From Callorhinchus milii (Eukaryota), in assembly GCF_018977255.1 (NCBI RefSeq), contig NW_024704742.1, positions 42,286,001 to 42,350,000 of the forward strand: a stretch of 64,000 nt of DNA, written 5' to 3'. Of the stretch, positions 1-13,868 are shown one piece after another. Position numbers and translations under genes: made by a program. The notes under the pieces were generated by a model. The model made no database searches, was not told the DNA's origin, and worked only from the letters and a program-made list of their open reading frames with translations. Each line of letters starts with the position of its first letter. The first letter of the stretch is position 1.

Positions 1-505
1 TTCATGTATGCACGGCGGCTCTGCTTTGTTTCAAGGCAATGAAATCTGAATATTCTGATTGAGTCTCAGCTGTGCTGTAAAGAACTCACTTTCCTTTTTT
101 GTCAGCCCTAGCAAATTGTGTTTTAAAAAGTGATGACTGATTAAATGATCCAATAAGGCTTTAATCTCACAAACGAAGCTGTCCTTGTACTAATAGAAAC
201 AGCACATCAGAAAGCTGGGTCTCTCATCAGAGCAAAGTTGACAACCAAGGCACTGGTTTGGCTGGCACATTTTGCCCATCAGTTGTAAGTGAATTGTCTC
301 TCTGACAAATGATCTGCCGTTAAATCAGAGTGAGATCGAAAACATCTATCTGTCTCCCTGAAGTACTGCTGGATAATTAAAGACACTATTTTTTAATCCT
401 CTTCACACTTCTTATGCTGATCAGCGCCTAGCAAAGGCAGTCGAGGAATGTTTGCCTGACTGAATTTGACAGTCTGACATCCCTATGCTCACAATGCTCC
501 CATCA

Positions 506-1057
506 ACCACAACAACAAAATTACATTTATAGAGCGCCTTTCACGTTGGGAGGACGTCCCAAAGCGCTGAACAGTCAGCTGTCGGGGCCCGAGCATGGGG
601 GAGGGTGGTGTAGGGGGGAGGGAAGACAGAGAGGTGGGAGGGAGCCCGAAGGCACGTCGAAGAAAAGGGTCCTGAGACCAGCCTTGAGGGAGGCAAGGGA
701 GGACGCGAGGCGAAGGCCAAAGGGATGGAGTTCCAGAGTGTGGGGGCAGAGAGGCTGAAAGCCCGGCCATCGATGGTAGGACGGGTCAGGCGGAGACATG
801 GAGCAGGCCGGAGCCCGCTGAACGGAGGGAGCGGGCAGGTTGGTAGGGGTCAAAGAGGTAGGAGGGGCAAGGCTATGGATGGCCTTAGAGGTGAGGACGA
901 GGATCTTGAACTCGATCCTCTGGAGGATGGGGAGCCAGTGGGGTCGGGCGAGGGTGCGAGTGATGGGGTTGCGGAGCCTGGTGCGTGAGAGTACATGAGC
1001 TGCAGAGTTTTGGATGATCTGCAGCTTGTGAAGGGAAGAGTTTGGGAGGCCCATGTG
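506..1057 (-). mobile_element. L2-clade LINE 3' fragment
   Basis: Minus ORF LHKLQIIQNSAAHVL...PITRTLARPHWLPILQRIEFKILVL (L2 ORF2 C-terminus), pyrimidine-rich 3'UTR, (TTG)n tail. Confidence 0.9.
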
Positions 1058-2845
1058 CAATCTTTGAAAAGAGTCTGCCAGTGGAGCAGACAGGAAGCAA
1101 GGCATGTCCTTCGCTGTGTAATTGCTCCTGTAATAACAACTTTGTTCACAAAAACAACTCAATTCATTCACTACATATGACCCTAATGTTGTGTCACTGA
1201 ACCCACTCTGCACATCCACCAAGGAAAACTTAGTCAAGTAAATATACAATAGTTTTAGTTGAAGAAAATGTCTCGTAGAGTTATTACAACTACTTGTATT
1301 TATATAGTGCCCTTTACGAAGGGCAGCATCTGAGAGTGCTTTACAAAGATGGGATCAGACACCAAGTAAGGGAGAGGGATGAAGGGAGAGGTGACCATCA
1401 GCAAATTTGAATCAATAGGTTTTGAGATGAGACTTGAAGACTTATAGAGGAGGGGCCGAGAGCAAGGTATTTCCAGAGGTTCCATTTATTAAGTTATAAA
1501 GAAGGAGTTTGTATCTTCCTGGTGGCAGATGCTATTATGAGTTCACACTGTATTGTCTTTTACACTGAATCAATAATGACATGAGATGTGACCTCTATTC
1601 ATCCGGTATTTACTGCAATCCTAACACAATACCGGACTAAACGTATTTGTTCTGCATAAATAGAAATGCAAGTTGTTGTTATACTGTGATGTGTCTCATG
1701 CATCTGAGCAATGCTTCTGTCTCTTACTAACAGCAAACACCTGTCTTGAAAATATTTTCTCTCCCCTTCTCTTTATCTTACCCTTTTGGTATTAATAATT
1801 ATAATAATCCTTATATTTGATATACTGCCTTTCCTATCGGGAGGGCATCTCAAAATGCTGCACAAGATATACTGTGAAGTGACTGTGCTTATTTTCTCCC
1901 AATTCAAGTTGATTTGCTTCAAGCTAGCCTATACTCCTTTATTACACCATAGTCTCTATCTCCAAGCAAAGAGACAGTAGATCGAGTCAGACAAACATTA
2001 ATTGAAAATGTGTGTAAAAGCTAATGAAATGAGTAAATCACAATAAGTAAATGAGAAGAACTGAACTCTTAGTCTGCAGTATTATAAAGGCAGTATACAC
2101 AACTCTCTGGCTTTGATCCTAACAAAGGTGCTTTATTTGCAACAAACAGTGCCTTTCTTACATAGTTTGAACTTTACTATTTAATTAAAAAAATGCAGCT
2201 TAACAAAATACTTTGCTGTATTTCAATCCCTTTGCATACTGTTTTTTTTATCATGAAGCAAAGCAATTGGCCACATCTGGTCACAAATTGTCATTAAATT
2301 CAATATCAGAGTTGGTAAGAGGAATCAACCCAAGAATTTCTCTGGAGAATTTACACAGCCTCTTGTATTAGATTAAAACAGATACTTGTGGTCGATTGTT
2401 AAAATAGTGATCTTATTTCTAATTCAAAACCTTCACATATTGTTATCTATAGTAGATTTTGCAGCAAATGTAACTTTTATCAAATTGTACAGAAGAGGAT
2501 TTCCCATTATAAAATCAAAGAGAAAGAGATTTCTCTCTTTAAATTAACAGGGAATGGGATTTCCTCCTATAAATTTATTTTGAATTGAATTCCTCATTAT
2601 AAAATCAGAGCAAAAGATTATTCAAATAAATATATGATATAAGAGTATTATATAAATTATATTAAAATATATTCTTGGTTATTTATATTAATAAACACAA
2701 TTTTATTTATGTAAATATAAATATAAAAAACTGCAAAACATTTATCATTTTATTATGGTTTACGTCCCAGTGGATGTAAATCTAAACGGTTATTTGGTGC
2801 TGTATAAAATATCCAAGCAATATATTTCTCTTGTTCCTTCCATAG

Positions 2846-3000
2846 TGTGGAGACAATCAACGATGGTAACTTTCACAGTGTGGAGCTGGTGGCAGCCGAT
2901 CAGATGCTGACCCTGGCTGTAGATGGAGGAAACCCAAAGAGCATCAACAACTTAGCCAAACAGTCCACACTTAGCCAAGACTCGCCTCTTTATGTTGGAG
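2846..3000 (+). CDS. SLIT2: SLIT2 internal coding exon (laminin-G domain)
   Basis: ttccttccatag|TGTGGAG acceptor, GGAG|gtatga donor; encodes (S)[51 protein letters not shown]; phase joins the next exon. Confidence 0.95.
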
Positions 3001-3940
3001 GTATGAAGGTCTTCACCATTTGTACTTATGTTTACACCATGGAAAAATCCTGCATTATTAGTAGTGTTGCCAAATCAAATTTTTATGGTGTTAAAGCTTA
3101 CAGAATCTGAAAGTGCATCCCAATGCCATGCTCTCTGTCATGTGTAGTTGTAGTTTAAAATCAGACAATTTGTTTGTTTCCACATATGTGTAGCGTTCAA
3201 ACTGCTGGAGACTTGTACAGTTTTTACATGACTAGTTTGTCTCTGGATATAAGACTGTCTTCAGCAACAAATACTGTTGAATTGTTAGTTTTCCGGATCA
3301 TTCAAGACCCGACTCACAGTCGGAAAAACTAGAGCGAGTGCTAAAAAAAAAGCCATACCTCCAGAGTTGTTTGCTGGCTGCTATGATTTTGAATTCTTAT
3401 TAATAATAATTAATGGTACATAAATAAAGGCAATCATTATTATAACAATAATCCTTGCATTTGTTATAGCGTTTCATCATGCCATCCAAATTTATTTTGA
3501 AGTGGAGTGACTGTGTGTTTGTAAACGAATGCGGCAGCCCTGGAGTAAGGCCCGTAGATTAAAAATGTGTTTATTTATCTCCTCTTGTGCTGCATTTCTG
3601 GACTCCGGACAACTAATATTTCCGGACTCCGGTAAAAAAGAGGGGAATAAGACGATGAGATCGTTTGTGTCTCAAAGCGGGTCATTTGGCCCCATTTCCT
3701 TATTAGAACGTGGGTGTGACCTCACGCAGGTTACAAAATACATGAAAAACAGAAGACTCATATGAAATAGAAAGATGATTTCAGTGACAATGACTTAATC
3801 ATTGAAGGAAATGAACCATGAAAATGAGTTACTTTGCTGCACCAGTTAGAATATGCTTGAATATTGCTTCGTGATTTTTGTGTGTTCACTGTGAAATTGC
3901 TGTGCCAGATGAGTCACCAGGCTCTTGCTCCTCTGTTTAG

Positions 3941-4229
3941 GGATGCCCATTAATACCAACCTGGCAGCTCTGCGCCAGGGACCAGGTCAGAATGGTACGA
4001 GTTTCCACGGCTGCATTCGTAACCTGTATATCAACAACGAGCTGCAGGACTTTCAGAAAGTTCAGATGCAGGAAGGCATTGTGCCAGGCTGTGAACCTTG
4101 CCAGAAGAAGATGTGCAAGCATGGGACGTGTCATGTCAATGGGCAGTCCAGCTTCACCTGTGAATGCGAAGGAGGTTGGACAGGATCGCTTTGTGACCAG
4201 CAAACCAACGACCCATGTCAGGGCAATAA
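3941..4229 (+). CDS. SLIT2: SLIT2 internal coding exon (LamG end + EGF repeat)
   Basis: ctctgtttag|GG acceptor, AATAA|gtaagt donor; [38 protein letters not shown]...[24 protein letters not shown]. Confidence 0.96.
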
Positions 4230-5394
4230 GTAAGTGGAACAGCAACTTTGCTTCATATGCCTAATCACTGATACTGGGACTGATCATTGATACAGGGTTC
4301 GCTCACACCAGCAAAAAAAACATGACTGCATCCAGCCAGGATGGCATAGCCACCTTACCAGATTCCCACCCAAAATCAGTTACTCAATAAATAAATGAAT
4401 AATCCTTGCATTTGATGATAATAATAAGCTTTGCATTCGATGCTGTGTCTATAACCCTGAAACATCTCACTTAAAAAAGTATTTACTGCTAAGTGTAGTG
4501 ACTGCTTAGGATAGATGTTTCTGACCTTGGAGCACTTTTGTATAATTCCTTGATTGTGTATGAGGAGCATTCAGAGCATGTTGTGTTCTCCGTCTCACGA
4601 GCCTGGCAGCTGGCTTGGTGTTTTAACCAGGTAGTAATAAAGAAGGAAAGAGTGGACTATTGTAAAATGACTCCAGCTGACAGGAAAGCAAGGCTCTGAA
4701 CCACTGCACTCAATCATCATTATGGTTAATTGTTGCTGCTTTGAAATTCCCTAAAATGCTGAAATCCGATATTTGATCCAATCGAGAATATTACTGAGCC
4801 ATTCCCCATTGCCGGGATAGTTCTGTATATGTTTATGGATAATTGGGAAATGAGCAATAAATTGTGACCTTCCTCAGAGTTTATTATTAGAGTGACCTGG
4901 CGTGGACTGACAGGATTTCTGTGCAATGTATGGTGTCTGTTCATTATTACAGACTGGTAGAGCAAACAACAATTATTCCTGTGAGGCGTACTGAAAACAC
5001 TGTTGAGGAGGCCCAGCAAACAGTTTATGTGATTAGATTTCTTTATTGGGGTGAATAAATGATAATAATCCTTGCTTTTGATATAGTGCCTTCACGTGGG
5101 GAGGACATCTCAAAGTGCTGTATGGGATTTACTGGAAAGTGTTAGTGACTGTGTGTTTTGAAGGCAAAAATATCAGATAGGAGGTGCTGCACCAGTCTCC
5201 AAGCTCAATTTTCCTCCACTGGCACAAAATGGAGGCTTAGATTCCTGCCATACAACAACGACGACATCAAATTACATATGTATAGCACCTTTCACTTTGT
5301 GACAACGTCCTAGTCCGCTGCAATAGTATTTTGGGCTATTGTTACAGCGACGCAATGTTTTTAATTTCCCTTTTCTCCCCTCTCCTCTTCTTAA

Positions 5395-6190
5395 CAACAA
5401 CAACAAAATTACATTTGTATAGTGCCTTTCACATCAGGAGGACGTCCCAAAGTGCTGGACAATCAGTGTTTCAGGTCTGAGCTGGGGGTTGGGATTGGGG
5501 AGGGTGGAGGGCAGGGGGAGAGGAGGGTGATCGAAAGCACTGTCAAAGAGAGGGACTTGAGATGGGTCTTGAAGAAGGCAAGGGAGGGGTGAGTCAGAGG
5601 GACTATGGGATGGAGTTCCAGATGGTGGGGGCAGAGAGGCTGAAGGCCCGCCCGCCAATGGGTGATAGTGAAAATCACCAATGTGCATTTTATGAAAATT
5701 ACTCCAACAGTAATAAACGCTAAGGTGGGGTAGACCCCACATAGTGACTGTGTATTTTGTAGGGGAATACAACAGCCAATTTGCACACAGCCACTTCCCA
5801 ACACACTAAATGACAATTTTATTTGGGGAAGGTAATCGAATTATGGTCAAGGAAAAAAATCTTGAGATGAACCTTGAAGGAGGCAAGGGAAGAGGCAAGA
5901 TGAAGGGATCCAGGATGGAGTTCCAGAGAGCTGGGGCAGAAAGGCTGAAGGTCTGACTACTGATAGTGGAGCAGCCATAGCGGGAGATGTGAAGCAGGCC
6001 AGGGAGGAAGTGGGTGGATTGGAGGGTTTTTAGAAGGTTGCAGAGGTGGCATCGGGCAAGACCATGGAGGGCTTTAAAAGTGAGCATGAGGACCTTGAAC
6101 TTGATCCTCTGGGGACAACAACAACAAAATTACATTTGTATAGTGCCCTTCACATCGGGAGGACATCCCAAGGCGCTTGGGACAGTGGAG
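5395..6190 (-). mobile_element. Cluster of degenerate L2 3' ends and SINE tail fragments
   Basis: Repeated caacaacaaaattacatttgtatagtgcc tails; LTFKALHGLA...FSLSAPALWNS remnants. Confidence 0.8.
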
Positions 6191-6593
6191 CTAGGCAAGA
6201 ATGGGAATCATTGATTCACGGAGCCTGGTGCAACACTTTGGAATGAGGATCTCAAAACTTGTTCTTGATGTTCCGCCTTTTACCGACTGGATTCCTGTCA
6301 GTGACTGAGATACTATTAGTTAATCCCATTATGGTGGCAATTGTGTGTTTTTTTTGTGGCTCTATTGCCCTTCATTCCAATAGTTTCCATTTCCTGCTAC
6401 AAACACATTTCCAAAAGTTGTGATTAATCGTTCAAGAAATATACACATGCTGTCCAGTATCTGCAGGGACATCCCTCTCAAGTCTAGCTTTGAGTAGAAA
6501 CTTTGTAGGTTCCACAAAAATAATGCAAGTTGAAAAGGAAGTTCTGAGACTGTGGTTGGATTTATGAACCACTAAAGGGTGTGTTGTTTCCAG

Positions 6594-6805
6594 GTGTGTG
6601 CGTGGTACCTGTGTGCCCATCAATGCCTTCTCGTACAGCTGCAAATGCCAGCCAGGGTTCAGAAGTGTGCTGTGTGATGAAGAAGAGGAACTCTTTAACC
6701 CCTGTCAGAGCATCAGGTGCAAGCATGGGAAATGCCGGCTCTCAAGCCTGAGCAGACCCTACTGCGAATGTAATAGTGGATACACTGGAGAGAACTGTGA
6801 CAAAG
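6594..6805 (+). CDS. SLIT2: SLIT2 internal coding exon (two EGF repeats)
   Basis: gttgtttccag|G acceptor, AAAG|gtatgg donor; [70 protein letters not shown]. Confidence 0.96.
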
Positions 6806-9800
6806 GTATGGACAGCTCCTTCTAACTAACTTGTGTGTGTGGGTGTGAGTTTGTGTGTCTGTGGGTCTGTCTGCCATATAATGCAGCTACAATTTCTAAA
6901 ACTCTGTGACTTTCATAGATAATATGGATATTATCATATGTCATGTTCTATGTTATGTTATATTCAAATCTCGTCAGGTTTTAATCAAATAATATAATCA
7001 CAAGATTACTAAAGTCAGTCAGAAATGAATTATTTTCCACCCTGTTGGTGTCTTCTCAAAATGGTCTAATTCAACCCATTCAAGCGCTACCTGTCCAATA
7101 TGCTGAATGTATAATATCCTGAACAAGATAATTTGAGGAATGCCCTGTATTTTACTTTATTAAGGTGAACTCGCTAGCCTGTGAAGTAACTGGTCACTCA
7201 TTGTGCACCTCACCCCGCAAGTGAAAGTCTGGTAGCTCTTTCTGAAACCAGTGCTTCTGTGTTCTGTTGAAAGGCCAAACCAGATGTGTAGGAGCAATGT
7301 CTAGGGTTTCCCTGTTTTGAAGTTGCTTTTGGAATATTGTTGAATCAATCTGTGTGCAATTGAGTGAAGTTGTACTGAGTGGCTCATACTAACATAATGT
7401 TGTGCTGGGCTGTGTGCTGGATTACTCTTTGCAAATACTAACCTTTGACTTGTTGCATGCTTTGGTTTAATGCGTTTTTAATTAAATGAGTTTGAAAGCC
7501 CTTCCTTTAAATAGGTTTCAGTTGTCAACTTTTAACCTCACTGCTGTTTATCTCACTTTAACATTTCTATATCTTCTCGAACTAAGCAGCCAAAACCAAT
7601 GATTCAGCACTTAACACTATTACAAACTCTACCTCTGACCTCTCAGCTTCAACTGAGCAATCACAGCACCTCTTGCAGGTGAGATGACTGGGAAAGGGGT
7701 GAATAGTTTCTTTCTCTCTCTTCCTCATAGTCACCCTTCCCAAAATCCTTCCCCACCCCCACACCACCTTGTTTGAATCCGGTGACATCCATTTCCCAGA
7801 ATGATTTTGAATAGATTCTTTTCCCTGTCCTTTTTCCCACTCTGTTATAGTTTGCTGTTCTTGCTGTGTCAGTATAAGTGTTTAAGCATGCAGTTAGTGA
7901 CAGGAATAGCTCTTCTCATCTGCTTGTGGGTTTGCATTTCCATAACGGAAGACTGGAGACGTAATGGTGGAAACTAAGGTGTAATGTGGTAGTTATCAGA
8001 TCGTGGAAAATTGTGGTCGAGACCAGTGAACAATAATCTGTTTGCCATGGGTGTGATATTTTCCCCTACCCCCAATGTTGTTTTAATTTGATGTGTGTCA
8101 CCAATTAGGAGTTGCTGGCTAACATTTGAATGACAGTTCATAGGATAATAATAATAATAATCTTTACATTTTATGCCAAGCCTTTCACCTAAGGAAGACA
8201 TTTCAGAGCGCTTCGCAGGATATTCTGTAAAGTTTACTGACTGTTTAGTTTTTGGGAGAACGCAGCAGCCAATTTGCACACTGCAATGTCAAAGAATCCA
8301 GGATACTGGCTTAACTCAACCAAAACAATTGGAGCTAAGATGGTATCATAGAAATAGGAGTAGGTTATTCACCCTCAAACCTGTTCCACCATTTTATAAG
8401 ATCATGGCTGATCTGTACCTCAAGTCCAATTATCCGCCCTTGCCCCATATCCCTTAATACCCTGAACTAACAAATATCCTATCAACCAGGCCTCCAATAA
8501 CAGTGGCTTTGGGCCCAACCATTGTGCTGATGTAATGGGAGGTAAGGGTCAAGTCGATTATAATAGACATAGCTTTGTCTGCCATTTTGGACAATGTGAT
8601 AACTATCACATCACACCTCAATTTTTCACTTAAGAGATGAGTGGTTTCAGTGACCTGTTGCATAATTGTTTTTTTTCTGTTCATGACCAGCATAACCACA
8701 CTTGTGATGGAAGCCTGCATTTCTTGTCATTTCTTGACTGCGTGTTCATAGCAAAACAGCATCATGTTTTCAGTATCTGGCTAGCATAGTATTTCCTGCC
8801 ACTTCATGCGGAATCCGGCATTTATTAAGGATAGAAACTGAAAAGTGTAAATCAGCAACAACAAATTACAATGTATTTAGTGCCCTTCAGGGAGGATAAT
8901 GCTTCAGGGTGTTTCACAGAGATGGGGTTGGACGCTGAGAGATAGGGGAAGGGGTTGATGGTTATGGTTAGGTTCAAAGAGGTAGGATTTGAGGCTTGAC
9001 TTAAAGATGGAAAGAGAGGGAGTGAGACAGAGAGGTAGTGGAAGTAAGTTGCAGACTAGGTGCGAATAGCAAACTGGAAATAGTTACAACCTAGTTCATT
9101 CCACAAGTGAAGAAGTGGCTCAGAAGTCACAGAAAGTCAGACATCTGTCCCTTATAAGTGGAGTGAACTGCAATAGGCTTAAGGAAACAGATTTTTAAAA
9201 ATTAAATATATATGTAACACATGTGCAAAGAATGTATTAACATCATTATATCAGATACATGCCTGGCCAAATTTCCTTTGTGGGGATGAACTATTGAATT
9301 TTTGGGAGTGTTCCAATTCCCAAATACTTCCTGTTTCATGAATCATAAGATCACAAGATTGGTTTGGATGAAGAACGCCCTTCGGGCCATCCGATTTCAG
9401 CCCTCCAGAATAACCCCCTAGCCACCACGCACCCCCACCACAGTATCAAGCTGCTTTTCAAACTAGTTGAGTGTCCTCAACCACCTTTCCTGTCAGCCTG
9501 TACCAGTTACTGATTACTCTCTGAGTAAAGAAAAACTTCCTGGTGTCGTTCCAGAAATTGCCCTTGACAACTCTAAACCTATGTCCTCTTGTTCTTCTGT
9601 GTTGGTGCATCTCATGGCCAATCGACTCTCACTGAGGCTCTGTACAGACAAAACAAATGATAGGCCCTACGTTTGGCCATACATTCAATGTTTTCCACAG
9701 AATGGGTGAAACTCTGCTTCTCAGTCCCCACAGCTAAGTGTGTCAGTGCTGCCACAGGAGCTCCACATGTGGCAGCCACACATGGATTAGTTGTGAGAGA

Positions 9801-9929
9801 CTTGCATCTGGTCACCAACTTTGATACATTTTGTGTCACAATGGAGTGTACTTAGAAAAAAAAGAAACTAGCGGGTACAACTGTAAGATATCTTATGGGG
9901 AGTTAAGGGAACTTTTATACGTAGAAATA

Positions 9930-10222
9930 ACATCAATGTATTTAAGAGAAAACTTGATGCATTCATGAGGGAGAAGGGAATAGAGGGGTAAAGGAGAGGA
10001 GGGAATAGGAGGGAAGAGAGTTCATGTAGAGCATAAACAGAGACAGACTAGTTGGGCTGAACGGACTGTTCCGCGGCATAACATCAATGTATTTAAGAGA
10101 AAACTTGATGCATTCATCAGGGAGAAGGGAATAGAGGGGTAAAGGAGAGGAGGGAAGAGAGTTCATGTAGAGCATAAACAGAGACAGACTAGTTGGGCTG
10201 AACAGACTGTTCCGCGGCATAT
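9930..10222 (+). repeat. Tandem duplication (~150 + ~141 bp) of a CR1-like 3' end
   Basis: Two near-identical copies acatcaatgtatttaagagaaaacttgatgc...ctgttccgcggcata; FKRKLDAFM motif. Confidence 0.9.
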
Positions 10223-10747
10223 CACTCAATGAAAGTCAGTAACCATCTTTGTATGCAGCAGGACTATCCAATGCCTGTTTAAAAGGACTAAATATTAGAC
10301 AGTAAATCAATTGTTTATACTGCTGGGAGTTAAGAAATATCACTTCCAGCAGCAAAGTGATGAGGCGCAGGAAAAAGTGCAGTATGAGCCAGTAGCATTA
10401 TGGTAGAAAGAGCCGGTACAGGACAGCCTGTTTTCCATGGCAATGACATAGATAACGTCTACCACAATGTCCCAGTGATAGGATTTTCTTATTCCCTCAA
10501 GATCAGATGTCCCTTCCTGCTTAAACAACTCTGTAAATATTTTATGCCGCAATGTTTGTAGACACCAAAATCTTTACTGCTTCTTCCAAACCACTTTGAG
10601 GCAAGTTTCCTTAGGAGTGGTCCAGATTTAGGACTTATATTTGTTATATGGCGCACAAGTGGAGACCAGAGAAAGGGAATGTGTTCTTTCATTCTAACCC
10701 TAATGCAAGTGAGTCAGAAGTGACGGCACTTCACATTCTCTTTCCAG

Positions 10748-10989
10748 AAATCTCCTGTCGAGGGGAACGAATCCGAGATTACTATCAGAAGCAGCAAGGC
10801 TACGCTGCTTGCCAGACAACCAAAAAAGTCTCGCGGTTAGAATGCCGAGGTGGGTGTGACAACGGACAGTGCTGTGGACCTCTGAGAAGCAAACGACGGA
10901 AATACTCTTTTGAATGCACCGACGGGTCTTCGTTCGTGGAAGATGTGGAGAAGGTCGTGAAGTGCGGCTGCTCGAGATGTTCTTTGTAA
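10748..10989 (+). CDS. SLIT2: SLIT2 last coding exon (C-terminal cystine knot), stop TAA
   Basis: ctctttccag|AA acceptor; [80 protein letters not shown], very close to the SLIT2 C-terminus as I recall it; adjacent PACRGL and KCNIP4 favour SLIT2 over SLIT1/3. Confidence 0.97.
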
Positions 10990-12900
10990 AGCTTTGAACA
11001 CTCGCCCTTTTTCTAAACAACGTGGGGGAACTTATTTTGCTTCCATAGTGGAGATATTTGAATTATATTGTAATATACAGACATATTTTTATTATCAGAA
11101 AATGACTATTTTCTTCATTTACAAGACATTTCGAGTCCTCTTGAATGGAAAATCATCACAAAGCAAGTAAGATGCCTGTCAGAAGCCAATCAGTTTTTTT
11201 GGACTAGGGATCGACTTCTCTGAGCTGGTTGGAAGGAAAGCCCTCCTACTCAGGACATCCTGCGGGCTAACTCCAAAGGGAAGGGGGCCGTGTTGCTGGA
11301 AGCGAGCAGCAGACGTACAAAGAAGACGACAGACTGTCAGTCTCATCAGCTCGCCTTTGACACTAGGGACATGAATTAAACTGCGCTGCGGGAAACAGAA
11401 CCGAGAATGTGCATCGATGAAGAAGCCCTGGAACTTCCGCTGTCATTTTATATCTTGGTTACGTGAACAGTCGTTTTATTTCTGGTATAATGTGTACATT
11501 AGCATACTCGAGCTTACAAAGTGTTTAGCAAGCCTTGTTTTCCAGTATTAATTCTTTGTAATATAATTATAAATGGGGAGGGGGGAAACTATACAACAAA
11601 ATAGAGAATTGATGTATGGATTACTTAGTTGGATATTGTGATTTTCCTCAAAAGAGTTCACGCAGTATTCAAAATATCATTAAGAAGTATTTATTGTATC
11701 AAAAAAAACTTGTACCTAACTTTGCTAGAACTTCTCTTTCACTCCATTTTGAATCTTTAATATATATTAATTTATATTTCGTCCTCATATTTTTGTATGT
11801 TAAAAAGTAAAAAAATATGATTGCAGTTTTTTTTTGGAGGGGGGGAGGGAAATAGAGTAACTAACAATCTAGCATGTCCTGTTGGGGTTAATTGTCTTGT
11901 TACTTTTTTGACTGGTTGTGTCTCCTGTACTTTTGACCACTGACATTGGTTTGGACTACCAAGCCTGAGTAATAATCTCAGCCAAACAGTGTCAGATATA
12001 ACAAGCCAGTGTATATTTTGTGAATTTCTGCTGAATTTGTACCTTACAAAAGAAATAATGACTGCCTTGACAAACTAGACTTTCCGTGGTATAGACGTGA
12101 TTATTTCTCCTCTTTCCCCCCTCCCCCCACCACTTACCCCTCACTTTCCCCCTCCCACCTTGTTGAAGCTAAATTAAAATACGCTGTAGAACGTCGGCCT
12201 GGAGGACGAACAAGTTTTTACATATCGGGATATTGGTTTGGAGTTCCTCAGCTTCCTGACTGATTGTAACGTTCAGAATTGTGATCTCCTTTTATTGAGT
12301 ATTGATACTTGTCAGCCCCTTGTTCTTCCACAGTAACGTGTTGCTGCTAAACCTCAGATTTAGAGTTCTTAAATTTACGTAGTTGGGCTGTGCTCTTTAT
12401 GAATTAAAGACTGAGAGCACCCTATGTAAATACAGCTTTGTTTCCTTGGATTTCTTCTCTTTTTTACAAATGGTTAGATGTACATGTTGAATGCAATACT
12501 TTCTGTCTTACATAGACTGATATCAGTAATGCTACTGTTCTCTGTAAATTAAATCAGATATTGACTTCAGTCCCAGTTACCCTTTGTGGTTATTGAATGG
12601 TTATGCGGTGCCTTAGTAGAGAAGAGCTAAACTTGTTTTCTTGCTTCTTATTCTGCAGTCTTTGTAGCAGACTGAGGTTTCAGATCAGCAGGCTGGTGAG
12701 GTGCCGATTATACACTTGTCAGTAAATTTAATGATGATCTGAGAATCGTTCCAGAATTTCCTTTGGCACTTGATGAGTTAAAAGTTGGATTCTCAGAAAG
12801 ACATTTCCTAATTTTATCCCGAGTCTAGTAAAAAATAAGTAATGTTGGTGTTCTATAAACTAAATAACCGTGAATAAATTAATGCATGTGAGACGAATAT
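10990..12900 (+). other. SLIT2: Probable SLIT2 3'UTR
   Basis: About 1.9 kb without recognisable interspersed repeats after the stop; first canonical AATAAA I found is at 12873-12878; 3' end inferred. Confidence 0.6.
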
Positions 12901-13509
12901 CTGGGGAAATTAATTGATGAGATTCGAGCTGAACAAATTACAAAATGATACAATTTACATTTGTATAGTGCCCTTCATGTTGGGAGGTCATTTTAAGCGC
13001 TTCACAGAACCGGGTGGATATGCAAGTCAGGTTCATATAATGGCCTTTTCAAAGTGCTTTTGTGTCATCCAGGGAATGTGCCATATAGCACTAAATCTAA
13101 CAATACCTGAGCTATGATGAGAACTATGAAGCTGTGTGGTTTTTCAGAGAAGAAAAAAAACAGTTACATTATCTCTAATTAAATGTGCCTCTAATCTTGA
13201 AGGGGCGGACAGTGGAGAAAAGTTAATAAGGATGCTTTTACTGAACAAAATAATTTATTTTCTTACCTCCACTTTCTCCACCCACTCATGAAACACAATG
13301 GATCTATTTGGCCCATTAGAGTTGATTCTTATTAATACTTCTTGCATTTGATCTCATGCTTTATGAAGTGCATCGACTTAGTATTTGGAGGTTCACTCAC
13401 AGTAATGTCCCACAAACAACCATGGTATATCTTCCACCGCCCTATCACTTTCTGTGCCTTTGAGAGAATACTTGTTGAACCTCAAAGTTATAGGACCAAA
13501 AAAGTGTGT

Positions 13510-13868
13510 GGTTCATCTAGCTCAGTGGAGCACTCACCTCGCAAGCGAGAGACCTGGGTTCTACTCCCAGCAGGGCGAAATGTTGGGCAAGTTGCCTTAC
13601 TCCAGACGCCCCTGTTTACCTAGCAGTAAGTAGGAACATGGTTGTTAGTTGATTGGTGGATCGCTTTTCCAGGGATAATAATCCCTCAAAAAAAATAATT
13701 TGGGTCACTCAATCCACGACTGTATGTGGGGCATTGCTGTCTGCAATTAGCTGCTGTGTTTTGCCCACAAATATACAGTCAATTTACTTTACAGTATATT
13801 CTGTGAAGCGTTTTGAGGCATCTAGAAGATGTGAAAAGTGCTATATCAAATGCAAGGACTTATTATTA
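13510..13868 (+). mobile_element. tRNA-derived SINE, family A (long form)
   Basis: A box TAGCTCAGTGG, B-box-like GGTTCTACTCC, ttgggcaagtt middle, Deu-like/L2-like 3' end, (ATT)n tail. Confidence 0.88.

Noticed and set aside
575..1249. 224-aa ORF (also 42864-43577 and 58595-59035) as host genes or active LINEs
   Set aside because: Frameshifted, 5'-truncated L2 ORF2 remnants lacking EN and complete RT
1..10747. mir-218 hairpin, which SLIT2 hosts
   Set aside because: Mature sequence TTGTGCTTGATCTAACCATGT not seen; its host intron lies further 5', outside the window
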